Notes: generated by a model from the sequence alone, not told the origin. Counted from the stretch's first letter, positions 10,114 to 19,756 are shown. The stretch: 64,000 bases of DNA from an uncultured Acidimicrobiaceae bacterium (GCA_963812885.1 CAWEWZ010000005.1:3497-67496), one strand, 5' to 3'. Translations and numbers: made by a program.

Positions 10114-10301
10114 CGTAGAAGAAGTGGCGATGACGTGGGCTTTATCCCGATCCGACCCGGTGGTGGCCCCCAACCGCCAACTTCGTTGCAACTTCCTCCC
10201 CCCTGTTCCATTCCTGGCGCCGGAGCGCGAAGATGGGGCCTGCGGTCGGATCAGCGGCCGTCCGGGGGCTGGTTCAGGGGAGACTCTGGAAGGGGAAGTC
10301 G

Positions 10302-10733
10302 ATGCTCGTATCTGATGTGCTCGAAGGGAAGGGCAACGCGGTGGCCACCATCACCAGCGGTGCCACCGTCGGATCGGCGGTCGCCGACCTGGTCCGCCAC
10401 CGGGTCGGAGCGCTCGTGGTCTCGCCCGACGGGCTCCACATCGAAGGCATCGTGTCGGAGCGGGACATCGTCCAGCACCTGAGCGAGCTCCACAGCGAGC
10501 TGCTCGACGGGTCGGTGGCCTCGATCATGTCGACATCGGTGCGGGTGTGCTCGTCCACCGACGACGTCGAGTCGATCATGAACCTGATGACCGAACACCG
10601 GATCCGTCACGTGCCGGTGGTCGAAGGGGGCGAACTGATCGGGATCATCAGCATCGGGGACGTCGTCAAGAGCCGGATCCAGGAGTTGGAGAAGGACCGC
10701 AACGAGCTCATGGAGTACATCACCGCACGCTGA
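10302..10733 (+). CDS. CBS-pair domain protein
   Basis: MLVSDVL..ATVGSAVADLVRHRVGALVV..MTEHRIRHVPVVEGGELIGIISIGDVVK shows two CBS motifs. The start is ATG 10302. Confidence 0.75.
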   Translation: MLVSDVLEGKGNAVATITSGATVGSAVADLVRHRVGALVVSPDGLHIEGIVSERDIVQHLSELHSELLDGSVASIMSTSVRVCSSTDDVESIMNLMTEHRIRHVPVVEGGELIGIISIGDVVKSRIQELEKDRNELMEYITAR

Positions 10734-10772
10734 ACCGGACGCCATGCCGGCGACGGCTCCTAGTGTCGCGGT

Positions 10773-11258
10773 ATGACTCCGTCCTCTCCGGCCTCCGGCC
10801 CTGTGGCCGAGGGGTCACCACCGGATGGGCGCCTCGGCATCGTCATCGTCGACCATGGATCCCGCCGGGGCGAGGCCAACAGCCGGCACGAGGCGTTCGT
10901 CACCGAATGGCGCCAACGGGGCGCCCATCCGATCGTCGAGCCGGCTCACATGGAGCTGGCCGAGCCTTCCATCGGTACGGCGTTCGACGCCTGTGTCGCC
11001 GCCGGGGCCACGCTGGTGGTGATCGCCCCCTACTTCCTGTGGCCCGGCGACCACTGGGACCGGGACATCCCAGACCTCGCCGCCGAGGCCTCGGCCCGTC
11101 ATCCGGGAATCGGCTACCTGGTGGCGGCCCCTCTCGGGCCCCACCCGCTCCTCGGCGACATCGTCGAGGAGCGGATCGACCGCTGCCTGGCCCATGCCCG
11201 CGGCCTGGCTCCCGAGTGCGAGGTGTGTGCGGGCACCGGACGTTGCCGTCTCCGGTGA
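10773..11258 (+). CDS. CbiX/SirB-type chelatase-like protein
   Basis: IVIVDHGSRR..EPAHMELAEPSI..LVVIAPYFLWPGDHW is the typical short CbiX pattern. Confidence 0.65.
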   Translation: MTPSSPASGPVAEGSPPDGRLGIVIVDHGSRRGEANSRHEAFVTEWRQRGAHPIVEPAHMELAEPSIGTAFDACVAAGATLVVIAPYFLWPGDHWDRDIPDLAAEASARHPGIGYLVAAPLGPHPLLGDIVEERIDRCLAHARGLAPECEVCAGTGRCRLR

Positions 11259-11263
11259 GTGGC

Positions 11264-11281
11264 GCGCTCCTTCAGGAGCGC
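11264..11281. terminator. Hairpin GCGCTCC-ttca-GGAGCGC between convergent genes
   Basis: 7-bp perfect stem with a 4-nt loop, 6 nt after the cbiX-like stop and 6 nt from the stop of the minus-strand gene. Confidence 0.4.
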
Positions 11282-11286
11282 CGGCG

Positions 11287-12378
11287 TCACGAGCTGCAGC
11301 GGTCTCCGAGCCACGGCTGCTCGCCGTCGAGGGCGTAGAGGGCGACGGCCACCGTGTCCTGCTCGGCCCTGGTGGCCAGGTTGGGATGGACCCCGATCAG
11401 ACTCGGGAGTCCGGCGGACTGGGCGGCGAAGTTCCATGTCGACTGACTGAACTGGAAGGCACCCATGTAGAGGCCGTTGGGCGACACCGCCCCGTAGTCG
11501 CCACCCGACTCGGCCTGGACCACGCACTGGAGGAACGGGTTGAGGGCGGGATCGGTGAGACCGGGTGTCCCGCCTCCGGATCCACCCGCGGGAGCGGGCG
11601 CCGGTCCGGTCGAGGTGCCCGACGTCGGGGCTCCGGTCTGACTCGGCGCCGGTCCGGATCCCGAGCTCGAGCTGGCGCTGCGTCGTGCCGCGGCCACCGC
11701 AGCGGCGGCGGCCCGGGTCTGAGCGGCCGCCTGGTGGGCCACGGCGACGGCCAGCTGCCCGGTCACCTGGGCCCGCGATGCCTCCAACTGGTGCTCGGTG
11801 TCGTCAGCCTGACCGAGGAACGAGGCCTCGCGGGCCTGATCCGACCGGTCCGTCTGTTGCTGCTGCTGCAACGCCGCCTCGTTGGACTGGAAGGTGCGTT
11901 GCGCGGTTCGCAGCTGATCGATGGCCGTGGTGATGTTGCCCACGGCGATGCCCGAGTACTCGCTGGCCGCCTGCACCGACTCCTGATTGCCGGAGAAGAG
12001 CGAGCTGTCGGCGCCGGACGCGCCACTGCCGTAATCCATGTAGGCGATGATCGCCTGCTGTCGGACGGCGCCGGTCTTGTGACTGATCTGCTGCTGGTCC
12101 CCCTTGATCTGTGCGTGGAGCCGGGCGATGGCCCGGGCGTCGGCCGCCGTCTTCGCCGTGGCCACCGAGTACTGCTGCTCGTAGGCGCCGACCTGGAGCT
12201 GCTCCTCGACCAGTTTCTGGGAGAGTGCAGTGGCCTGGGCCTTCAGATCGGTGATCTGGTCGGCATCCGCGGGTCCAGGAAGGACGACCACCGTGAAGGA
12301 AGTCGAAGCGACGAGAGCCGTGAGCAGCACCGTCAGCAGGGTCCAGCGACGGCGCACTCGTGCGTTTAACTCCGCCAT
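11287..12378 (-). CDS. Secreted coiled-coil protein with C-terminal Rpf-like transglycosylase domain
   Basis: It has a signal-peptide-like N-terminus from ATG 12378, a long Gln/Ala-rich coiled coil and a Ser/Gly/Pro linker. The C-terminus (CVVQAESGGDYGAVSPNGLYMGAFQFSQSTW..LGDRC) resembles the resuscitation-promoting-factor lytic transglycosylase fold. Confidence 0.75.
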   Translation of the reverse strand: MAELNARVRRRWTLLTVLLTALVASTSFTVVVLPGPADADQITDLKAQATALSQKLVEEQLQVGAYEQQYSVATAKTAADARAIARLHAQIKGDQQQISHKTGAVRQQAIIAYMDYGSGASGADSSLFSGNQESVQAASEYSGIAVGNITTAIDQLRTAQRTFQSNEAALQQQQQTDRSDQAREASFLGQADDTEHQLEASRAQVTGQLAVAVAHQAAAQTRAAAAAVAAARRSASSSSGSGPAPSQTGAPTSGTSTGPAPAPAGGSGGGTPGLTDPALNPFLQCVVQAESGGDYGAVSPNGLYMGAFQFSQSTWNFAAQSAGLPSLIGVHPNLATRAEQDTVAVALYALDGEQPWLGDRCSS

Positions 12379-12496
12379 CGGTGAGAACCGGGCGTGAAAC
12401 ACAACAGGAGGGAAACTTAGCCGCTGCCCCCCAGGCATACAACTCAGCCGGCGGACCGCCGGCCGAGGCCGCCCTGGTCAGGCACGGTGCCAGGAC

Positions 12497-12715
12497 CTAC
12501 TCGATCCTGCCTTCGCCCTTGGCCTCCGCTCCGAGCTCCCCCATCTCCTTGTAGTGGTCGGCCACCTTGCGTCGCTCGGCCTCGCCCTCCTCCGAGTACT
12601 CCTCCTCGGCCGCCGCCACCTCATCTGACGTGGGCGGCCGATCGGAGGTGTGGGCGTGAGCGGCGTCGGCCTCTTCGGCCTTGCGGGTTTCCGGATCGGG
12701 TTCCGTGGGGCTCAT
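12497..12715 (-). CDS. Small acidic hypothetical protein (72 aa)
   Basis: A good SD (GAGAGGA, 4 nt before the ATG) and a high-GC3 codon pattern. No family recognised. Confidence 0.5.
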   Translation of the reverse strand: MSPTEPDPETRKAEEADAAHAHTSDRPPTSDEVAAAEEEYSEEGEAERRKVADHYKEMGELGAEAKGEGRIE

Positions 12716-12822
12716 GGTTGTCCTCTCGTCGGTGGGCCGGCGGGCGCCCGCCTGCGGTGACGGGCCACCGGGATCTCCTCCGGCCGGCCCCGGCCAAACA
12801 TATCGGATTCCCGCAGTTGCCT

Positions 12823-12838
12823 ATACCCTCTAGGGGTA
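12823..12838. promoter_or_regulatory. CsoR-type operator ATACCC-tcta-GGGGTA
   Basis: A pseudo-palindrome of the TACCC..GGGTA type with flanking CTAT/ATAG, about 30 nt upstream of the csoR start. It resembles known CsoR operators of Bacillus and Streptomyces. Confidence 0.6.
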
Positions 12839-12867
12839 CATAGTGCGTGACCCAACGGAGGGAACCA

Positions 12868-13152
12868 GTGCAGCGTGGCTACAGCCAGGACAAGGAAGCG
12901 GTCCAGAAGCGGCTCCGCCGGATCGAGGGCCAGGTCCGCGGAGTGCAGCGGATGGTGGAGGAGGACCGCTACTGCATCAACGTCCTCGAACAGGTCTCGG
13001 CCATCACCCGGGCCCTGCAGTCGGTGGCCCTGGTCCTTCTCGACGATCACCTCGAGCACTGTGTGGCCGACGCCATTCAATCGGGCGACGGCGACGCCAG
13101 CGCCAAGCTGAGCGAGGCCTCGGCCGCCATCGGGCGGTTGGTGCGTTCGTGA
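12868..13152 (+). CDS. csoR: CsoR/RcnR-family metal-sensing repressor with Cu(I)-type C-H-C ligand pattern
   Basis: GTG 12868 is preceded by GGAGGG. RLRRIEGQVRGVQRMVEEDRYCINVL..DDHLEHC provides the Cys..His-x3-Cys ligand set typical of CsoR. Confidence 0.8.
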   Translation: MQRGYSQDKEAVQKRLRRIEGQVRGVQRMVEEDRYCINVLEQVSAITRALQSVALVLLDDHLEHCVADAIQSGDGDASAKLSEASAAIGRLVRS

Positions 13153-13189
13153 CCGACGACTTCCTCCCCGCGGGCACCGGGCGGGCGCC

Positions 13190-14362
13190 GTGACGGTGTT
13201 CCAGGGGCTCGGTCACGCACTGAGCGTCACCGGTTCGATGACGTGGCAGATCCTGTGGGCCCTCATCTTCGGGTTCGTGCTGGCCGCGGCGGTGCAGGCC
13301 GTTGTCCGAAGGAGCACGATCGTGAGACGGCTCGGTGAAGACCGGCCCCGCACCTTGGCCATCGCCTCGGGGTTCGGGGTTGCGTCGTCGTCCTGTTCCT
13401 ACGCCGCCGTCGCCATCGCCCGCGCCCTGTTCCGGACCGGGGCCGGCTTCACCGCGGCCATGGTGTTCGAGATCGCGTCGACCAATCTCGTCGTGGAGCT
13501 CGGGGTGATCCTGGCCGTACTCATCGGATGGCAGTTCACCCTGGCCGAGTTCATCGGCGGACCGATCATGATCGTGCTCATCGCCGTGGCCTTCCGATTG
13601 TTCCTCCGCCAGAACCTCCTCGACGAGGCCAGGGCGCAGAGCGAGAAGGGCCTGGCCGGATCGATGGAGGGGCACGCGGCCATGGACATGAGCATTCCCG
13701 AGGCGGGCTCCCTGTGGAGTCGACTCCGGTCGAGGCAGGCGTTGACCTCGATCTCCCACGTCTTCGTGATGGAGTGGGCCGCCGTCATCCGGGACGTGGT
13801 CATCGGCCTGCTGCTGGCCGGGGCCATCGCCGCCTGGGTGCCGGACAGCTTCTGGCACCACTTCTTCGTCGTCGGCCATCCCACCTTGTCGAAGGTGTGG
13901 GGGCCGCTGATCGGACCGGTGGTCAGCATGGTGAGCTGCGTGTGCTCGATCGGCAACGTCCCGCTGGCCGGCGTGCTCTGGAACGCGGGCATGAGCTTCG
14001 GCGGCGTGATCAGCTTCATCTTCGCCGACCTGATCATCCTGCCCATCCTGTTCATCTACAAGAAGTACTACGGCACCCGGATGACGCTCTTCATCCTGGC
14101 CACCTTCTACGCCACCATGGTGGCGGCCGGCTACGCCGTGGAGCTGCTGTTCAGCGTGTTCGGGCTGGTGCCCACCGTGCGCGATGCCAAGGTGGGCGAG
14201 GTGCCGATCACCTGGAACTACACCACGGTGCTCAACATCGTGGCGTTGGCGGTGGCGGCGTTCCTCTGTTACCGGTTCGTGCGGACCGGCGGGATGCCCA
14301 TGCTCAAGATGATGGGTGGGGAGCCGGTCGACGCCCACGCCCACGGTTCTTCACCCGGCTGA
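13190..14362 (+). CDS. Multi-pass permease (DUF318/ArsP-like predicted permease family)
   Basis: 390 aa with about 8-10 TM segments. Conserved Cys motifs are present (SSSCSYAA, VSCVCSIGNVPLAG). It lies directly downstream of csoR. Confidence 0.7.
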   Translation: MTVFQGLGHALSVTGSMTWQILWALIFGFVLAAAVQAVVRRSTIVRRLGEDRPRTLAIASGFGVASSSCSYAAVAIARALFRTGAGFTAAMVFEIASTNLVVELGVILAVLIGWQFTLAEFIGGPIMIVLIAVAFRLFLRQNLLDEARAQSEKGLAGSMEGHAAMDMSIPEAGSLWSRLRSRQALTSISHVFVMEWAAVIRDVVIGLLLAGAIAAWVPDSFWHHFFVVGHPTLSKVWGPLIGPVVSMVSCVCSIGNVPLAGVLWNAGMSFGGVISFIFADLIILPILFIYKKYYGTRMTLFILATFYATMVAAGYAVELLFSVFGLVPTVRDAKVGEVPITWNYTTVLNIVALAVAAFLCYRFVRTGGMPMLKMMGGEPVDAHAHGSSPG

Positions 14363-14423
14363 CCGCCGACGCCGGCTCCACCCGGTCCCGGCCGACCCGG
14401 TCCCGGTCGGGTACCGTCCTGGC

Positions 14424-16028
14424 GTGGACCCCGCGCCCGGCCTGGACCGACGGCAATTCCTGCGGCGGGGCGGATCGGCGGCCGCCGCCTTCGGGACGGC
14501 GGCGTTGCTCGGACCGTTGGCCGGATGCTCGAACTCCGGCCCGGCCTCGGGCGGGACGTCGAGCACCACCGGTTCCACCCGGCCGAGCGGCCCCCCGGAC
14601 TGGTCCGCCCTGGCCTCGATGCTGAGCGGTCAGCTGGTGCTGCCGGCGGCGCCGAGCTATCCGACGAACGCCGAGTTGTACAACGAGAAATTCGACGGCG
14701 CCTCCCCGGCGGCCATCGCCTACTGCCGTACGGCGTCAGACGTCCAGCGGTGCGTCGGCTTCGCCCGCGCCCATGGCGTGCCCATGGCGGCCCGGTCCGG
14801 AGGTCACAGTTACGGGGGCTATTCGTCGGGCCCCGGCCTGGTCATCGACGTCACCCAGATCGACGCGGTGGTCGTGGGCGGGGCGGGCACGGCCACGGTC
14901 GGGGCCGGAGCCCGGTTGATCGACGTCTACAGCACCCTCGGCGGGTCGGGGGTCCTCCTCCCCGGCGGTTCGTGCCCGACGGTGGGGATCGCCGGACTGA
15001 CCCTGGGCGGCGGAATCGGTGTCTTCGGGCGCAAGTACGGGCTCACCTGCGACAATCTGAAGGCGATGGAGATGGTGACCGCCGACGCCGAGGTGGTCAC
15101 CGCCGATGCCGGCGATCACACCGACCTGTTGTGGGCGTCGAAGGGCGGCGGGGGCGGCAACTTCGGCGTGGTCACCTCGTTCACCTTCGACGTGCACCCG
15201 ATCCCCGACATCGCGCTGTTCACCCTCGAGTTCCCGTGGGGTGCGGCGGCCGACGTGCTCGGCGCCTGGCAGCACTGGATGCCCAGCCAGCCGCCCGAGC
15301 TGTGGTCCAACTGCCAACTCCTGTCGTCGGGTTCGGCCGGCGGCAGCCAGCCGCTCGACCTGCGGGTCACCGGAGTCATGGCCGGCACCGCCTCCACCCT
15401 CACCGGGCTGCTGCAGCCGCTCATCAACTCGGTCGGCACCTCGCCGACCTATCAGTTCGTCGGGCCCGAGTCATATCTGCGGGCCATGCTCATCGAGGCC
15501 GGGTGCAGCGACTCGTCGGTCGCCGCCTGCCACCTGCCGTCGCAGAACCCGGCCGGCACCCTGTCGCGGGCCGCATTCGCGGCCAAGTCCAACTTCATCG
15601 AGTCGGCCATGCCGTCCGCCGGCCTCCAGGCCGTGGTCGAGGCGGTGGCCGCGCTGGACCAGACCCAGCCCGGCTCGGGTGGCGGCATGGTCTTCGACTC
15701 CTACGGCGGGGTGATCAACGACGTCGATCCGGCGGCCACCGCCTTCGTCCACCGCCACGCGCTGGCCTGCATCGAGTACAGCGTGAGCTGGGGCGCCGGG
15801 GCCCCGGCGGCGGTCATGGCCGAGGCCGACAGCTGGCTCCAGTCGGCCCAGGGCCAACTGGCCCCCTACAGCCGGGGGGCGTACCAGAATTACATCGACC
15901 CCACCTTGGCCGACTGGAAGCAGGCCTACTACGGGGCCAACCTGCCCCGGCTGGTCGAGGTCAAGCGGGCCTACGACCCCGATGACATCTTCCACTTCGC
16001 CCAGTCCATCCCGACCTCGCTCTCCTGA
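14424..16028 (+). CDS. Exported FAD-linked oxidase with berberine-bridge (BBE) C-terminal domain
   Basis: A Tat/lipoprotein-like signal (RRQFLRRGGSAAAAFGTAALLGPLAGCS) follows GTG 14424. The FAD_binding_4 motif (ARSGGHSYGGYS) and a BBE-like end (YQNYIDP..YYGANLPRLVEVKRAYDPDDIF) are present. Confidence 0.8.
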   Translation: MDPAPGLDRRQFLRRGGSAAAAFGTAALLGPLAGCSNSGPASGGTSSTTGSTRPSGPPDWSALASMLSGQLVLPAAPSYPTNAELYNEKFDGASPAAIAYCRTASDVQRCVGFARAHGVPMAARSGGHSYGGYSSGPGLVIDVTQIDAVVVGGAGTATVGAGARLIDVYSTLGGSGVLLPGGSCPTVGIAGLTLGGGIGVFGRKYGLTCDNLKAMEMVTADAEVVTADAGDHTDLLWASKGGGGGNFGVVTSFTFDVHPIPDIALFTLEFPWGAAADVLGAWQHWMPSQPPELWSNCQLLSSGSAGGSQPLDLRVTGVMAGTASTLTGLLQPLINSVGTSPTYQFVGPESYLRAMLIEAGCSDSSVAACHLPSQNPAGTLSRAAFAAKSNFIESAMPSAGLQAVVEAVAALDQTQPGSGGGMVFDSYGGVINDVDPAATAFVHRHALACIEYSVSWGAGAPAAVMAEADSWLQSAQGQLAPYSRGAYQNYIDPTLADWKQAYYGANLPRLVEVKRAYDPDDIFHFAQSIPTSLS

Positions 16029-16046
16029 GCACCGGGGAGGCGGTGC

Positions 16047-16812
16047 TCAGTCGCTGAAGTGGGTCACCGGTCGTTCCTCGACGGCGCCGTCGACGAACAC
16101 ATCGACCTTCTCGTTGTAGAACGAGACCAGGCCGGCGATGGGCAGCAGCTCGCGGGTGGGGAAGTCGTAGCTCCAGGCCAGATCGCGATGGGTCGTCCCG
16201 CCGAGGACCACCGACCAGTACCCGGTGGTCGTCCCCTTGTAGGGGCAGCGGGTGACCGTGGCGCTGGACTCGAGGTGCTCCCAGCTGAGCTGGGTGCGGT
16301 TGAGGTAGTAGCGGACGGGCAGGCCCGTCTCGAAGACCATGACCGGTGCGTCCGACTCGGCCAGCACGACGCCGTCGAGCTCGATGCGCACCGTGCGGGT
16401 CGATCGGAGGGCGTCCACCCGGGTGTAGGGATCGCGGGGGTGGACGAAGACCTCCTCGTCCTCCTCGAACCAGGCGTCGAGCGCCTCCCAGTCGAACCGC
16501 ACCGTGTCGGCCAGCAGCCGGGTCGGTCGCCCCGACCAGGAGACGGGCGACGGTCGGGCCCGGCGGGCCGGCGGTGGCGAACGAGCACCGCCGCACCGTG
16601 CCCCGGCTCGTCTTCGCCTCCTGGCCGCCGGGAGCGAGGACGCCGTCGGCGACATCACGTCGGGGGATGTAGTACTGGGGATAGCCGGCCCACTCCCAGA
16701 CATAGAGGGCGGCCGTGGTGTCGACGACGACCTCGCCGCCGCGGACGGCCCGGATGCGGCGGGGCACCGGCTCCACGTGACCGACCGGGGTGATGGCGGC
16801 GGGGAAGGGCAT
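16047..16812 (-). CDS. Tandem DUF427-domain protein; frame break(s) at about 16550-16620
   Basis: The N-terminal DUF427 half (MPFPAAITPVGHVEPVPRRIRAVRGGEVVVDT..YPQYYIP) is in one frame and the C-terminal half (VRFDWEALDAWFEEDEEVFVHPRDPY..RCPYKG) in another. Its ATG overlaps the upstream regulator stop (TGATG). Confidence 0.7.
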
Positions 16813-17468
16813 CAGACCAGCCGGCGGTCGGTGGCCCACTTGGTGAGCTCGTGCCGGGTGGAGAGCTGGAGCTTGCGCAGCACCGACGAGACGTGGGACT
16901 CGACCGTCTTGGCCGAGATGGTCAGGTCGCGGGCCACCTCCTTGTAGGTGTACCCGCGGGCGATGAGGCGCAGCACCTCCCGCTCCCGGGGCGAGAGCTG
17001 GTCGAGCTCGGGATCGAGCCCGGTCACGACGGCGCCGGCGCCCCCGGCGAAGGCGTCGAGGACGAAGCCGGCCAGCCGGGGTGAGAACACGGCGTCGCCC
17101 GCCCCGACCCGGTACACGGCCTGGAGCAGCTCGCCTCCGGAGATGGTCTTGGTCACGTAGCCCCGGGCCCCGGCGCGGATGACGGCGATCACGTCCTCGG
17201 GGGCGTCGGACACCGACAGGGCGAGGAACTGGACCTCGGGGTGGTGGGGGATCACGCCCCGGAGGACGGCCTGGCCGCCACCGCCGGGAAGGTGGACGTC
17301 GAGGAGGACGACGTCGGGGACCCGCTCGTTGATGAGCTCGACGGCGGCATCGACCTCGTCGGCCTCGCCCACCACCTCGACGGCCTCGCCCAGCTCGGCC
17401 CGGACCCCGGACCGGAACATGGCGTGGTCGTCGACCAGGAAGATCCGCGGCCGGCCGCCCGGGCTCAC
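16812..17468 (-). CDS. LuxR/NarL-family response regulator
   Basis: REC domain (IFLVDDH..VVLLDVHLP) plus a LuxR HTH (LSPREREVLRLIARGYTYKEVA). The GTG start overlaps the kinase stop (GTGA). Confidence 0.9.
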   Translation of the reverse strand: MSPGGRPRIFLVDDHAMFRSGVRAELGEAVEVVGEADEVDAAVELINERVPDVVLLDVHLPGGGGQAVLRGVIPHHPEVQFLALSVSDAPEDVIAVIRAGARGYVTKTISGGELLQAVYRVGAGDAVFSPRLAGFVLDAFAGGAGAVVTGLDPELDQLSPREREVLRLIARGYTYKEVARDLTISAKTVESHVSSVLRKLQLSTRHELTKWATDRRLV

Positions 17469-18892
17469 GTGACCAGCTCGTGGCGGGGCATGGACAGCTC
17501 GACCTCGGCGCCGTCGCCGGGAGCGGAGCGGATGACCACCGATCCACCGAACCGGGCCATGCGCTCCCGGATCGACTTGGCGATGCCCTGGCGGTCGGCG
17601 GGCACCGCCTCGGGGTCGAAACCCTGGCCCCGGTCGCGGACGTAGATCATCACCGCGTCACGGTCGACCTCGCCGTAGAAGGAGACCTGGGGCGCCCCCG
17701 ACCACTTGGCCGCGTTGACGGTGGCCTCGCGGGAGGCGTCGAGCAGCGCCCGCAACCCGTCGTCCAGGGCGCAGTCGCCGACCACGACGACCTGGACGGC
17801 GATGCCGTGATCGGCCTCGATCTGGCGCTGGAGCACGTCGATCCCCTCGGCCAGGGTGGACGCCTCCTCGCCGATGGTCCCCGGTGCCCGGCCCTCGAAC
17901 AGCCACGACCGGAGCTCGCGCTCCTGGGCCCGGGCCAGGCGCACCACGTGCTGGGGATCGTCGGCCGAGCGCTGGATGAGGGCCAGGGTCTGGAGGACCG
18001 AGTCGTGGACGTGGGCCGCCATCTGGGCCCGCTCCTCGGCCCGGGCCCGCGCCTGGCGCTCCGACATCAGGTCGCGCACCAGCGACAGCCACCACGGCCC
18101 GAAGACGACCACGATGGCCGCGATGACCAGCAGGGCACCGCCGACCGGCCGCAGGGCCGCCGTGCTGGTATGGCCCGAGACCAGGATGACGAGCCCGACG
18201 ACGCCGAGGGCGGCGCCGGCGGCGATGCGGGCCACCAGGGCCCACCGCGGGTGGCGTTCCCCGCCCGAGCGGAGCATGGGCACCAGGTCGGCGTTGATCC
18301 ACACCTTCTCGCCCTCACTGGCGTTGCGCCGGATGAGGATGGCGATGCCGGCGGCCAGGAAGACCGGCCAGCTGAACCAGCCGCCGTAGCCGATGTGCAG
18401 CGCATCGGCGACGATCTGGATCACCACCAGCGCGGGGAGGAGGGCGATGACCAGCCTGATACCCCGCCGGTCGTTGACGGCCCGGGAGAAGATGGTGGTG
18501 GTCTCGCCCTGGAGCGGGAGGAAGAGCCAGGCCAGCGCGTAGACGGGGATGCCGATGCCGCTGCCCAGGGTCAGCAGGACGAACCCGATGCGGATGAGGG
18601 TGACGTCGATGCCGGTGGCCTGGGAGAGCCCCCCGCACACTCCGGCCAGCACCCGGACGTCCGAGCTCCGCCGGAACGGGCCCCGCAGGCGCAGGTGCCG
18701 ATGGGCCCGGCCCCGGTGCCGGTAGTTCCACTCCCCGTGACCCCACGCCGAGTGCCACGTCCCCGTGCTCTCGTAGCGGGGCGGTTCGGACTCAGCTGGT
18801 GGTTCTGGGTCGGGCGTGGTGGGCACGTTCACCCCGGTGTCGGTGAATTCGGCGATACAAGATGATCGCGCGGCCCCGGTGGCCGGGGCCAT
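17465..18892 (-). CDS. Sensor histidine kinase with N-terminal PspC domain
   Basis: PspC motif (VLAGVCGGLSQATGIDVTLIRIGFVLLTLGSGIGIPVYALAWLFLP), several TM helices, a HisKA_3 H-box (AAHVHDSVLQTLALI) and a HATPase_c end. The exact start is uncertain. Confidence 0.85.
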   Translation of the reverse strand: MAPATGAARSSCIAEFTDTGVNVPTTPDPEPPAESEPPRYESTGTWHSAWGHGEWNYRHRGRAHRHLRLRGPFRRSSDVRVLAGVCGGLSQATGIDVTLIRIGFVLLTLGSGIGIPVYALAWLFLPLQGETTTIFSRAVNDRRGIRLVIALLPALVVIQIVADALHIGYGGWFSWPVFLAAGIAILIRRNASEGEKVWINADLVPMLRSGGERHPRWALVARIAAGAALGVVGLVILVSGHTSTAALRPVGGALLVIAAIVVVFGPWWLSLVRDLMSERQARARAEERAQMAAHVHDSVLQTLALIQRSADDPQHVVRLARAQERELRSWLFEGRAPGTIGEEASTLAEGIDVLQRQIEADHGIAVQVVVVGDCALDDGLRALLDASREATVNAAKWSGAPQVSFYGEVDRDAVMIYVRDRGQGFDPEAVPADRQGIAKSIRERMARFGGSVVIRSAPGDGAEVELSMPRHELVT

Positions 18893-18985
18893 CAGGGATG
18901 TCCCTGACCGGTCGGGGGCCGGATCAGGGTCGGACCAGGGTCATGCCGGATTCCGTTCCGCCCCGGCGACCGCCAAGCTGGCCCC

Positions 18986-19283
18986 ATGGACTACCTCCCC
19001 CCCCAGCACCCCTCCGCCACCGCCCCCCGGATCCGGGTCCTTCCCGTCCACCGAGGACCGTCTCCACCGGTGCCGCCAGGGACGGATGCTGGCCGGCGTC
19101 GCCTCGGGGCTGGCCGACTACTTCGACATCGATCCCACCCTGGTGCGGATCGGGTTCGTCGTCCTGGCCCTCCTCGGCGGGCTGGCCGTCCCCCTCTACC
19201 TGGCCGGCTGGCTGCTCATCCCCGAGGAGGAGTCCGATCGCTCGGTGGCCGAGGAGCTGCTGGCCCGCGAGCGGGCCCGCTGA
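18986..19283 (+). CDS. PspC-domain membrane protein; probable frame break in C8 run
   Basis: PspC motif (RMLAGVASGLADYFDIDPTLVRIGFVVLALLGGLAVPLYLAGWLLIP). ATG 18986 is out of frame by one with the domain and is separated from it by a C8 homopolymer (18997-19004). The only in-frame start (GTG 18816) would overlap the divergent kinase. Confidence 0.7.
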
Positions 19284-19320
19284 CCACCGTTCCATCCCGA
19301 CCGATCCGAGAGGACAGACC

Positions 19321-19756
19321 ATGCGCTACCGATGGGATCCCGTCTATCCGGCCTACGTCCGCCGGACGGGCCCGACCGATCTCCACCTCCGCACCTCCGA
19401 CGCCGAACGCAACGAGGTGGCCGACAAGCTCGCCCGGCACTTCGCCGAGGGCCGGCTCGACCAGGCCGAGTTCAAGTCGCGGCTCGACCGGGCCATGGGC
19501 GGCGACGACCAGGGGCGACCTGGCCGGCCTGTTCGACGACCTTCCCCCGCTGGCCGACGAGGCGCCGCCCCCCGCCCCCGCCGGCGGCGACTGGTTCCCT
19601 TCGTCCTCCTCGTCCTCCTGGTCGCCGCGGCCGCCGGCTCGACCCTCACCTCCATCCACCTCTCCGTGGCTGCTGCTGGTACTGGTCGGGCTCTTCCTCT
19701 GGCACCGCGGCGGGCACCACCACCCCCGTCATTCCCATGCCGAACTCGACCAGTAG
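19321..19756 (+). CDS. DUF1707-domain membrane protein; at least one frame break near 19497
   Basis: SDAERNEVADKLARHFAEGRLDQAEFKSRLDRAMG continues in the next frame as ATTRGDLAGLFDDLPP (the classic DUF1707 end). Hydrophobic C-terminal segments appear in two frames. Confidence 0.65.

Noticed and set aside
12379-12496. Possible ydaO-type c-di-AMP riboswitch upstream of the Rpf-like gene
   Set aside because: I could not find the conserved core elements by eye, and the leader is short. It is kept only as a low-interest item to scan with a covariance model.
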